Positions 40,648 to 52,479 are shown, counted from the first letter of the stretch. The stretch is DNA of 64,000 bases from Geosiphon pyriformis uo1 (GCA_016748015.1 JAAOMT010000219.1:351617-415616), one strand, 5' to 3'. The notes: generated by a model not told the origin, from the sequence alone. Program-made: numbers and translations.

Positions 40648-42111
40648 TATTGAAAGAAGAGAGCAACAGGAACCAAATCAGCATTGTCCATTTTGGCTGA
40701 AAGATTCATAATTATGATTGAAAAATTGTTTAAAGTATTCTCCATCTTTTTAATAACAGAAAAATCAAAAACTACCACTCCTATAATAGTTTCACCACCA
40801 GTAATTACACCTGAATTCTCACTTATTACTATGTCCACCCCTTAACTCTGTAATAAAGGAGTCACCAATAGCTGACATCCAGAGCTAGACTGAAAAACCA
40901 TTGGTCCAAGTGTGTCTAACCTCTTAGCCAACTTGTCAACACATTCTGCAAGATTGGCAAGACTATGCTTAAGAACAGCAAACCTATTACTCAGATCTAT
41001 AAACAACAGCAGAATATGTTTTATCTCCAAAGAGGAACCAAAATCAGTCAAACTAATATGTACAAAAAAGGGAGAAAAGAAGACCCACCAAAAATCTTGG
41101 CCCAAGAGACATTACCAAAAGAAATAGGATGAGAGATTAGAGCAGAACATTTAGCATAAATGGTTGTCAGCCTGTTTTTATTAACATCTAACAGTATCTT
41201 GTGAGATGGGTCACTAAGAGAAAATTTCTCATTTATAGAACAGTTTAAAGAGGTATAACCCAATTTCTCACACTTAGCACACTTAGCAGAATTCAAATGA
41301 AACCAGCACAAATTAACACCTCTTAAGACAGGCATAGTTCCCAAAATGGCATCCAATAACTCAGCTGAGTTGAAACAAACAACAGCACATCTGAATCAAG
41401 CATAATTAATAAGGTGTCGATTAATGACACATGTTTTTCCATCCACAGAACCAATGAAATTCCAAATGTTATGTGCATTTGTCCCAACAGACAAAATATA
41501 GAGCAGCATCCTATAACTGTTCTTAGCATTCCAAGATTTTTTGTCATTATCAGCTCTGGCTATATGCATGGCATCTTTTCTAAGCAGGATGAACTATTTA
41601 GCTGTGACCAAATTAGTGTGATCTACTTGTTCAAATTCCACCACAGCCCTACCAATTGCATCTTGATTGACTTAATTATTCCAAATTTAGATAGTGCAGT
41701 GTGCACAGTCTCAGCCAATGTTTCAATTGAAATTTTTTTTATTACTACAGCCTGATCTGAATGACTAGTAAATTTTTTGAAATTAGTGTTTACCAAAATA
41801 TTTGCTGCTTTTGCCTTTTCTGTAGTCTGTGCCAAATTAGATTCAGAAGTGAAAGAAACATGAATAATTCCAACAAATTTTGAGGAAGTAAAGACTTCTC
41901 CAAAACCATTGACTTTTGAAAACAATTTCCTAATCACCACCAGCTTTTCTTAAGAGAATTTTTCAACCACCTTATCTAAACCAATATCTAAAGTGAAAAA
42001 TTTTCTAACTAGAACATCCACCAAAATCTTCAAGAGAGGAAAAAGTGTCAAAGAAGTATCTAACAGAATGTTATCACTATTATTACTTAAAAAATTAATC
42101 TTCTCTAGTGG

Positions 42112-42977
42112 TGTTACAGTTTAAGAATTTAGCAAAAAGAATCATAAAAATAATACAAACTATTCAATCATAATATAGCACAGTAATAATCTTAGAAAGG
42201 TAATAATTAACATAGTAGCAAACACCATCTCGCGATAGTGGCAAGCACCAGTTCACAATAGCAGCCAACACCAACTGGTGATAGCAGCAAGCACCAGGTT
42301 GAAATATCAAAAAGAAAGTATTTTCTCGTAGAACTACAAACATGTATATATACAGTAGTTTTAATATTGGGAAAGAATCAATCAAGTAATAAAAATCATA
42401 ACTTATCAAGCAATAGATCCAATTTTATCCAACAAACTCCACTTTAAATCATACTTTCAAATTAAATATTCCAAGAAACCTTTAAAATCAAAAAGAAATG
42501 AAAAAGAATATTTAAAACTGAACTATCACAACCCAAAGTATTAAGAAACTTACTTGTATTATTTATTGAATGAAACTATCATTCATCAACTGAATCCCTT
42601 GGAAGAATAATCCTTGATCAAGATTATTCACGTTATTACTAATTGATAAAAGCTTTATTGTGAGAATTAGAAAAGCGCTAAAGACCATTAACATTCTGTG
42701 TTTCTAGATTAGAGAAACACATCAGGCAATTGCAAAGATAGCCTCAGAGAAGACCCCAGACAGTGGGTAAATTTCAGTTCAGCCTCTGAAAAGGAGTACA
42801 TAAACACACACAACAATCAAGAATTAAAGAATAACTTACATCGCAACAGTAAAAAGAAAGCCTTCAGTGTAACAGTGACATTATCACACAAATAGAATTG
42901 AGGAACTCACGAAAGACTGATTGCAATTAAAGCGGGATATCAGCAATTAAATATAACAAGAAAACCATCCCGTAACA
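42112..42977 (+). repeat. Family D 5' LTR
   Basis: TGTTACAG...CCGTAACA. Confidence 0.96.
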
Positions 42978-42979
42978 TT

Positions 42980-42996
42980 TGGTGAACCCTACGAGG
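42980..42996 (+). promoter_or_regulatory. Primer-binding site TGGTGAACCCTACGAGG, tRNA-Trp-like
   Basis: 2 nt after the LTR; resembles TGGTGA(A/C)CCCGACG, the complement of eukaryotic tRNA-Trp 3' ends. Confidence 0.7.
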
Positions 42997-43059
42997 AAAG
43001 AAAATCAAAAAAGAAATAATAATTAGCAATAATTCATTGCTAAAAAGGAAAAGACAAAA

Positions 43060-45462
43060 GTGGCGACAAAAACCCCTAATCTTACTGTTCTTAAATTCTG
43101 CCGTGCTATTTACACACAAAATCAAAGTGATCTTGGATTACCAGAAGGGTGTTGTCCAGCAGAATCTGCCCTTACTTATTATATCAATGCCAGAATAAAT
43201 TATCATATAGGAAAGGAAGAAGAACCACACGACGCAAAACTTGGATTGTATAGAGAATTATCACAATACACTACAAAAGAAGTAGCAGTAATAGCCGCAA
43301 CTATTGTCAAAATCCATCAAGAAATTGAGCAATACGCCAACGAAAATTTTCCAATATCCACAGGAAACACTAGAGAACGCGCCAACAAAACCAAAGAAAA
43401 TTTAGAAACTANNNNNNNNNNNNNNNNNNNNACAAGGATACTACACTGATCCTCAGGTTTTAAATCAGTTTATTAGAGGATTAAAAAGCAGCATTTTAGG
43501 AAGAGTATGCCCTGCCCACCCTAATTCTTTACCAGAAGCCGTTATGCTCGCCAGAGCCCTTGAATCGGCTGAGAAAGAAGCTAACCATAGTCAAATGGTT
43601 AACATGGTAATGGAGGAAAATAAGACAGAAACATTAGAGAAAAGAGTAACGCAATTAGGGGAGGAACTCTCTAAGAAAATAGAAAGTTACCTCATCCCGG
43701 ATCCAAGAAAAAATACATACCAACCACCCCAAAGATGCAGCCAGGAAGTCAGCGACAATCGAAATAATCGCCTGTCGTGCCAAGAATTCAGAACAGAAAC
43801 ACGCGCCTGCCATTTTTGCAAACGCGTAGGACATTTGATTAGTCAATGTCGAATGCAAATGATGCAGGAAGCATGCGAAAATAATTACTATGCGCCACCC
43901 CAAATGCCCAGAAACCAGTACACGCCAATACCACGCCAATATTCCACCATGTATCAAAATCAAGGAGCTTACCAGCAACAGCCCATGATAGCCAACCCGA
44001 ATTGGCGTCCCGAGGCTTGAAATCAGCCTATGTGAAACCAGAACGCGTTGGTCCAGAGGAATCCAAACCGTGCTGGAACCAATCAGCAAACCAATCCAAA
44101 CTACCAAAATTATCAACAAACTTACCTTAATATACCAGAAAACCTGATCATTGGAAACAATAACAGTAGAAACATAAACAGAACCAAGAATTCCTCCAAA
44201 TTGAGCCAGACAATACCACCAGCAGTTGCCACCGAAGATAACAGTCTCGCAGCTATTTTTCCTTTTGAATTAGAGGAAAACGAGGCTATGTTCAGTGGAG
44301 CAACATTGGACGAAAAACGCCCAATCACTGCTATGTATACGGAAGCCACTGTAAACAATACCCCAATCAAACTTATCTTAGACAGCAGATCCGCTGGAAG
44401 CATCATAACGCTTCAACTAGTAAACCAACTGGGTTTCAAAGTTGATCGTGCCGCGATGTCCCAAATCATAACAGCCGATGGAAGTACAAAGCTGCCTTAT
44501 GGCGAAATCGACTCATTCCCTTTCGAAATTAATGGCATAGTAATACCTACAAAAGTATTAGTAATGGACGCTACACAATATCNNNNNNNNNNNNNNNNNN
44601 NNTGATAAAATTAAACAACGTAACTGGGGAGACATACCAATTACAGGAGAATATTCATCACTATTCCAAAACCCTCTTTTTCAGCCAAAATTTAGAACGG
44701 GGTTTGAAAACCGTGAAGAGGAGTCTGAATCAGAATCCGAAAAAGAGACCAGCGAAAAAACAATCACAAGACCAGTCACTGGAACAAGCAGCCAGTCCAG
44801 AAACCAAGAAACTCGTGATCAAGAGGAAGAACCGGATATAAGGGAAGCCACCTTTAGGAACGCTCAAGGAAATATCATTCCACCTCTTCTTAGACCAATA
44901 AACCCACCAGCAGAAAATGGCAACGAAATGACCACACCATACATTGCAAGACTAACAGATTTCTCAGGAGAGGAAGAAGAAACGGACGTGCACACATGGC
45001 TCAGAGAAGCACAAAAAGCCATCCAGGCAAATAACTGGAACGACCAAAGAGCAATTCAAACATTACCTTTCTTCCTGAAAGGCACAGCTGACTCGTGGTA
45101 TCAAAGCCTGGAAACAAAACCCACGAGCTTCGCCGAATTTAAAAATGCACTCCTGGANNNNNNNNNNNNNNNNNNNNGTAAACAATACCCCAATCAAACT
45201 TATCTTAGACAGCAGATCCGCTGGAAGCATCATAACGCTTCAACTAGTAAACCAACTGGGTTTCAAAGTTGATCGTGCCGCGATGTCCCAAATCATAACA
45301 GCCGATGGAAGTACAAAGCTGCCTTATGGCGAAATCGACTCATTCCCTTTCGAAATTAATGGCATAGTAATACCTACAAAAGTATTAGTAATGGACGCTA
45401 CACAATATCAAGTGTTAGTAAGAAATGACTGGCTAACAAAAGCCAACGCCACCCTAGACTAG
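43060..45462 (+). pseudogene. gag: Family D gag and aspartic protease (contigs mis-ordered between N gaps)
   Basis: Capsid-like FSGEEEETDVHTWL..LKGTADSWY; knuckle CHFCKRVGHLISQC; protease LILDSRS (DSG>DSR). Confidence 0.88.
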
Positions 45463-45735
45463 ACCACCCAAGAGCTTCTGATCAATTATAATGGCCACCA
45501 AGCCAAAATTCCAGCCACCTGTGGCCACTTCCAAAAACCCAGCGCCAACCAAAGACCTACCTTCGAATTTGAGAAAAATCCAGCACTACCAGCCATCGAA
45601 ACCTATCAGCTCTCTTGGGCTGATGACCAAAGAACAGGACTACCAGCCATACCAATGTGGACCAGCGAAGAAAGATCCGAATGGAACCAGGTAAGTTCAC
45701 AAAGAAACCACCAGCGACGCAAACCAAAGCTAGAA

Positions 45736-46326
45736 TGCTTGGTTTGCAAGAAGAAACTCTCGTCTATGATTGCGTGCAGCGCACCGGACGAAGACCCAAG
45801 AAACCCCACCCACTACTATTGTAACCATTGTAACAAAGAAAAATACGGTTACCCAGAAAGACACGGAAAATGGGACAAGGAACCGTGCCTCGCTTGTGGA
45901 GAACTGTTACCAAGAGGGTGTGACTGGAATGACTTACCAGGCAGAGAAGGAATGTGTGACGCAACTTGCCAATACACGATCCTCATCTGTGACTGGGTAA
46001 GAGGAGAAACGCCGTTCGAAGCAGCGTTCAACAGAGCGTTAAAAAAACTACAGCACTACCCACACGATGAGGACGAGTTGTACAACACCGCACAAGCCAA
46101 AGTAAGAGGAGGAACCATCAAAGAAATATGACGTTAGAAAGAGTCAGCCGAAGTAGCCGACGAAGTTGCCAGCTACAACATGTTCGACCCAGTGGACGAA
46201 TTCCAGGACTACTACCAACAACTATGCCCCACTCGACAAGAGCAAGAACAATACCTCGTCCAAATCAACACTTACCTCTGCGAAAACTGTCTCATCCCGT
46301 GCCAAAGTCAGTGCTGTGAAGAGTGT
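45736..46326 (+). pseudogene. Cys/His-rich putative zinc-binding module within family D pol
   Basis: CLVC, YCNHC, CLACG, MCDATC, CENCLIPCQSQCCEEC, all in the pol frame. Confidence 0.7.
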
Positions 46327-46467
46327 CAAGACAAAAGGGACTTAGAAAGAAAAATGGAAATTGAGAATCAGCAGTCTCAAAATCAATCAATAAATCAACA
46401 AGACTCACCTGACAGTCCCGAGTCAGAAAAATTTGTAGCCTATACTGACCTAGAACAGGTGACTGAC

Positions 46468-46890
46468 ATCCGATACTTCGACAATAGACACTTAGTAATA
46501 ATACCCGAAAGAGCCCATCCAACCGATGCCGGATTCGATCTACGTTATCCAGAAGACCAATCCACAACGTTACCACCCAGGAGCATCACCAAAATCGACC
46601 TAAAAATAGCGGTTGAAATTCCACCAGGAATAATGGTTCAAATGGCGTCACGATCAAGCTTCGCGAAAAAAGGAATAAGCATTCAAGAAGGAGTAATTGA
46701 CTCCGGATACACTGGAAATTTGATGGTTTTGCTACAGAACAATTCAGAAAAGCCTTATACCATTGAATCTAAGGAAAAGATTGCACAAGCAATTTTCTTA
46801 CCATTGGTAAAAATTGGGAAATTCGTGTCAGTGGAAAATCGTAAGAAATTGTCATAAACAACGAGAGGAACTTTTGGTTTCAGATCGACA
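46468..46890 (+). pseudogene. dut: Trimeric-type dUTPase domain within family D pol
   Basis: Motifs I AGFDL, II SRSS, III GVIDSGYTG, IV KIAQ, V RGTFGFRST; one CAA>TAA stop at 46855. Confidence 0.95.
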
Positions 46891-47187
46891 AGAAAAGGAA
46901 TTGAAGCGAATTTTGCTGAAACAATAGGAGAAAAAGGCGAAGTAATTAAAAATGAGTGGTCCATCACGCTCCTACCATATGAAAAATCAGAAATAAGAAT
47001 AAAAAGGACAATTAAAGAAAAAGACCTAATATTTGAGCCCTACCCAGAAACTTGCCAACAGTTTCTCATAGGACTTACTAACCTTTTTATTCCAGCTGAT
47101 AAAGTTCAATGGATAAAAATTCCTATCGCAAACACCACAGAAGAACCTGTCTACATTCCGGAAGATACCATCATTGGATACCTCGGA

Positions 47188-48051
47188 ATGGAGCTAGAAA
47201 ACACATCAACACCACAAGAAATTCTAAATTTTCCAGAAATCGCCCTCTATTGTGAACTTACTTCAATAAATTGGCAACAACCGGTAGAATGCTATCAATT
47301 TACGCCAGAAGAATTGGCCAAATTAAACATTGGAACAATGGATCCCGACCAACAGCGACAATTAAAAGCATTAATTTTAAAATACTCTGATATATTTTCA
47401 AGAAATGGCGAATTTGGAAGAACCAACTTGGTTCAACACCAAATCCCCACTGGAGATGCCAGACCTGAAAAACANNNNNNNNNNNNNNNNNNNNNNNNNN
47501 NNNNNNNNNNNNNNNNNNNNNNNNNNNNNNNNNNNNNNNNNNNNNNNNNNNNNNNNNNNNNNNNNNNNNNNNNNNNNNNNNNNNNNNNNNNNNNNNNNNN
47601 NNNNNNNNNNNNNNNNNNNNNNNNNNNNNNNNAATCACCAATAATGATCTATCCGAATTTCAACAAGAAATTCATTTTGGCCACAGATGCCTCTGGAACT
47701 GGACTTGGAGCCATTCTGTCACAAAAAGATGATAATGGAAGAGAACGTGTAATCGCTTATGCCAGCAGAAGTCTCAGTACGGCAGAACAAAACTATGCAG
47801 CACATGAACTTGAATGCTTAGCAGTAGTCTGGAGTTGTGTTCACTTTGACACATATTTACGGTACCAACCCTTTAAGATTACGACAGATCATAGAGGTCT
47901 GGTCTGGTTAAATAACAAAAAAGCGCTAAAAGGAAAATACGCCAGATGGTCACAAACGTTAGCACCATATAATTATATTATCAAATACAAAGAAGGTACC
48001 AAAAATGCTAATGCTAATGCCGACTGTTTGTCAAGAATGAGACACACATAA
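47188..48051 (+). pseudogene. pol: RT start (most of RT lost in an N gap) and RNase H of family D
   Basis: FGRTNLVQHQIPTGDARP; TDASGTGLG..YASRSL..ELECLA..TDHRGL..NADCLSR*. Confidence 0.92.
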
Positions 48052-48080
48052 AAATCACCAACCCACCCGCCACAACAACA

Positions 48081-49233
48081 ATGAACAACCACCTTTACAA
48101 AAACCTCAGCCAATACTTGGAAACACTACAAATAAACAAAGAAATGCCAGTAAAAGAGCTAATTAAGCTCCAAAAATTAGCAAAACACTATTTCATCCAA
48201 AATCACATACTTTATTACCGGAATCGACAAAATCCAGATAATCCATTAAGAGTTATAACCACGGATGAAAAAGAAACTATCTTATTTAACATGCACTCAG
48301 ATATTCATTCAGGTCACTTTGGAAAAACAGCAACCATCTAACGTGCAACTAGCCGTTACTATTGGCCAAAAATGAGCTCAAATATAATCCAATACATAAG
48401 AAATTGTGACCCATGCCAACGAAGAGGAGGAGCAAAAACAACAGAATTATTAAGACCAATAAAAGTTGGACAGCCATTTGACAGAATCGGAATTGATTTA
48501 GTTGGACCCTTACTAATAACAACAAGAAACAACCGTTATATTGCAGTAGCCATGGACTATCTCACCAAATGGCCAGAAGCTAGAGCTATTAAAACAGCTG
48601 ATGCTATTTCCGTAGCTCAATTCGTACATGAAGACTTAATTTGCCGACATGGATGTTCACAAGAATTGCTATCAGATCAAGGCACACACTTCATAAACAG
48701 CACTTTAAAAGAACTTAGCCAAAAATTTGGAATCAAGCAACCACTGTCATCACCATACCACCCTTAAACAAATGGATTAGTTGAAAGATTTAATCGCACA
48801 TTATGCGAATCACTGGCGAAAATTAGTAACGAACATGAAAAAGAATGGGATTTGTTCATACCAGCAGTACTACTAGCATATAGAACAGTAAAACAAGATA
48901 CTACACAATTCACACCGTTCGAATTAGTTTATGGAAGAAAAGCCACATTACCCATTGAACTTACTATTCCAACTTATTTGAGTGACACTATCACGGAAGC
49001 AACATTCCAGGAAACACTACTTAGAAGAACATACGAATTAATGGGAACTTTAGAAAACAAAAGAAGAAAAGCAGCACAAAATATTGAACAATCACAAGAA
49101 CAACAAAAAGTGAGACATGATAACCAGTTACCAGATAATATAATTAGCTACAAAATTGGAGATAAAGTATTGTTGCATCGTACAAAAATGGAAAAACAGT
49201 GGAGTGGAAAATTTGATCACAAGTGGGATGGAC
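48081..49233 (+). pseudogene. Stand-alone integrase ORF of family D
   Basis: ATG at 48081; HSDIHSGH..CDPC; IDLVG; SDQG; GLVERFN; two CAA>TAA stops; end falls in a gap. Confidence 0.92.
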
Positions 49234-49474
49234 NNNNNNNNNNNNNNNNNNNNNNNNNNNNNNNNNNNNNNNNNNNNNNNNNNNNNNNNNNNNNNNNNNN
49301 NNNNNNNNNNNNNNNNNNNNNNNNNNNNNNNNNNNNNNNNNNNNNNNNNNNNNNNNNNNNNNNNNNNNNNNNNNNNNNNNNNNNNNNNNNNNNNNNNNNN
49401 NNNNNNNNNNNNNNNNNNNNNNNNNNNNNNNNNNNNNNNNNNNNNNNNNNNNNNNNNNNNNNNNNNNNNNNNNN

Positions 49475-50081
49475 ATTAAAATCCGATCTAGAAATCACAG
49501 TTAATAGCTCCAAAATAACATACATCAAAAGAACAATAGAAAATCCAAAAACAAGAAAAGAACATAATTTCGAACCATATAATATTGCCAAATATAACAC
49601 CAAATTTATTAGCAAAGTTATTGAAAAATTAGAGATAGCATTGGGCAATACATTAATAATGGAAAAAATAGAAATAAGTGAATTAACACCAGACACATTT
49701 AGCAACTTGAAAACGAAATTCCCAATTAATTACTGTTATTATCAACTAGGAAAGCACTTGAACATACAAACATTATACTCAAAAGACTCAACTAGAGTGT
49801 TTGACAAAACAACTATCCAACTATTAGAACCTTTCATTGGAAAAACCAACATTACATTCCATTCAAAAACAGTTTACAGAATTTTTAAAGCATTTGAAAA
49901 CTGTCACAAATTATTGTTGGACCCAACCATGAACATAATAATAACCAACAGTATTGGACGACTTACCAACTTGCAATTTCAAGAATTACAACAACAAATT
50001 AATAACACAGTATTGAACCACTATAGTAACTTAGAATTTAATGAAGAAATTAACTTCGATTTCGACGGAGCTCAATCTTGA
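49475..50081 (+). CDS. Family D ORF3, unknown protein, 5' end in a gap
   Basis: About 200 open codons ending FDGAQS* at the PPT; homologous to family B ORF3. Confidence 0.78.
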
Positions 50082-50094
50082 AAGGAGGGGATAA
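50080..50094 (+). promoter_or_regulatory. Polypurine tract of family D
   Basis: GAAAGGAGGGGATAA abuts the 3' LTR. Confidence 0.9.
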
Positions 50095-50959
50095 TGTTAC
50101 GGTTTAAGAATTTAGCAAAAAGAATCATAAAAATAATACAAACTATTCAATCATAATATAGCACAGTAATAATCTTAGAAAGGTAATAATTAACATAGTA
50201 GCAAACACCATCTCGCGATAGTGGCAAGCACCAGTTCACAATAGCAGCCAACACCAACTGGTGATAGCAGCAAGCACCAGGTTGAAATATCAAAAAGAAA
50301 GTATTTTCTCGTAGAACTACAAACATGTATATATACAGTAGTTTTAATATTGGGAAAGAATCAATCAAGTAATAAAAATCATAACTTATCAAGCAATAGA
50401 TCCAATTTTATCCAACAAACTCCACTTTAAATCATACTTTCAAATTAAATATCCAAGAAACCTTTAAAATCAAAAAGAAATGAAAAAGAATATTTAAAAC
50501 TGAACTATCACAACCCAAAGTATTAAGAAACTTACTTGTATTATTTATTGAATGAAACTATCATTCATCAACTGAATCCCTTGGAAGAATAATCCTTGAT
50601 CAAGATTATTCACGTTGTTACTAATTGATAAAAGCTTTATTGTGAGAATTAGAAAAGCGCTAAAGACCATTAACATTCTGTGTTTCTAGATTAGAGAAAC
50701 ACATCAGGCAATTGCAAGGATAGCCTCAGAGAAGACCCCAGACAGTGGGTAGATTTCAGTTCAGCCTCTGAGAAGGAGTACATAAACACACACAACAATC
50801 AAGAATTAAAGAATAACTTACATCGCAACAGTAAAAAGAAAGCCTTCAGTGTAACAGTAACATTATCACACAAATAGAATTGAGGAACTCATGAAAGACT
50901 GATTGCAATTAAAGCGGGATATCAGTAATTAAATATAACAAGAAAACCATCCCGTAACA
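50095..50959 (+). repeat. Family D 3' LTR
   Basis: TGTTACGG...CCGTAACA. Confidence 0.96.
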
Positions 50960-51486
50960 GTGGTTTTCCTAAGGTCCTCTTGGTTATTATTTTCGAACTC
51001 TTAGGTGTCTAATCCAAATTTTTTTTAGCAAGAACACTATTTTTACCATAATCAAAGCTGGTTTCTTCAACCAAACATTCTTCCTTCATATCTACACTAT
51101 CAGATTCAGTAGTGTTACCAATCTCAAAACTCCATAAATGACTGCCCAATTTTTCAGCAGAAATCTTTCTATTACTAGTACCATCTTCCAAAACACCATT
51201 TCTTCTCTTTTTTTTAGATTTAACAAACTTGAAACCAGTATCAGAACCAGAATTTTTGAGAGTCTTCTTCATAACAGCAATACTAAGACCAACAGTGGCC
51301 TCAAAATTAAGCAAAAATAGTTTGAATTTATCATACTAAATAGTAAAAAACTTCTTTCAAAAAACTTTTTGACTTTTTTTTGGGAATTTGGGACAAAAGA
51401 AAGAAAAAAGTTTTTTTTTTTAAATAATTAATTAAATTAATAATTATTATTTAAAAATAGAATAGTTAATTATATAATATTAGTAG

Positions 51487-52479
51487 TATTATTAACAAAA
51501 ATTTAAGATATTATTTAACATAATTTATTTATTATTAATTAGTATATATTATTATTTTAATTTATTACTTATTATTTTATTAAATTAATTAAATTATTAT
51601 TCAATTAATAATTCGATTTGTACAAAACACAAATATAACCAAATTGTAATAATTAAATTATGTAATACACTAAACTATATAACAGTCAAAATTTATTAAA
51701 ATATTTGAAAATTCAATGAAATATTTAATAGTTTACTAAAATAATCTATAATTTGCAAAAATAACTTGTAGTTTAACAAAATATATTTTTAGTTTGTTAA
51801 AATATTAGAAAAAGAAAATGCTAGATCATAAAATAAGTAATACAACAAATTATATAAAAAAAAGCTTTTTCTTTGTGAAAAAAATATTTTAATTCAAGAT
51901 AACTTACTTAATAATTAATTATTACAAATTATTTTAATAAAATTATTTTAAAAATTTAAAAATCTTAATTATTACAAATTACTTTAATAAAATTATTTTA
52001 AAAACTCAAAAATCTTAATTATTATTACTTGAAATCATCTATTTAAAATCTAACATTTTAAAATTAATTAGCTATTAATTTCAATAACTGTTAATAATTC
52101 TTAAATCTGAATCTAAAATAACTTTTTTAACATATTTTTTCTTTGGTTTATTTTTTTATTATTATTAAATAATCTATAGTTAAGATTTCTTATAAAAAAA
52201 TTAAATTTTACAACAAAATAATACATATTATTTAAAAAGCTTACAAATAAAATTTTTTTGTAAAAGATTTAATTTTTACTACAAAATAATTATACAAATA
52301 ATTAATATAAAATTGGTTATTTTATTATAAGTCTAATAATATATATAGTTCAAAGTATAAAAAAATACTTTAGAAAAAAAACTAGTTTATTAAAAACTTA
52401 CTAGCTTTTATTAACAACAGAATTAACAACAAAATAATATTAAAAATATTAAGAAAAAAATAAAAAACTTTTAATAACA
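51487..52479. repeat. Solo-LTR-like insertion (family E), AT-decayed
   Basis: TATTATTAA...TTAATAACA termini; GTAG/GTAA flanks; interrupts the A7 LTR, which resumes at 52480. Confidence 0.65.

Larger units (their letters stand above)
42112..50959 (+). mobile_element. Young Ty3/Gypsy LTR retrotransposon, family D, dUTPase-encoding (assembly contains N gaps)
   Basis: 866/865-bp LTRs differing by about 8 transitions and 1 indel; GTGG TSD (42108-11 and 50960-63); PBS, PPT, gag-PR-dUTPase-RT-RH, IN, ORF3. Confidence 0.96.
40647..51334 (-). pseudogene. LINE-1 ORF1 (RRM-like domains, CCHC knuckle, coiled coil), split by element D
   Basis: Fragments 41623-41940, 41048-41356 (CAKCEKLGYTSLNC), 40647-40838 and 51009-51314. 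Start approximate. Confidence 0.78.
34966..51420 (-). mobile_element. LINE-1: apparently full-length APE-type non-LTR retrotransposon with RNase H, carrying solo LTR B and element D
   Basis: Poly(T) at 34966; ORF2 EN/RT/RH remnants; ORF1 remnants 40647-42111 and 50964-51330; sits inside the A7 LTR. Confidence 0.88.

Noticed and set aside
42164-42409. Identical 81-aa antisense ORF in both D LTRs
   Set aside because: Identity follows from LTR duplication; no coding signature.
44350-45410. Apparent duplicated protease and capsid region lying after the protease in element D
   Set aside because: The two protease copies look identical and every junction is a short N gap; this is best explained by contig overlap and mis-ordering, not biology.
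47475-47632. Element D appears to lack an RT core
   Set aside because: The RT position is an N gap of unreliable size, so absence cannot be inferred.
48852-50081. 409-aa integrase-ORF3 fusion in the ORF track
   Set aside because: The frame is bridged only by Ns; in families A and B ORF3 is a separate ORF.
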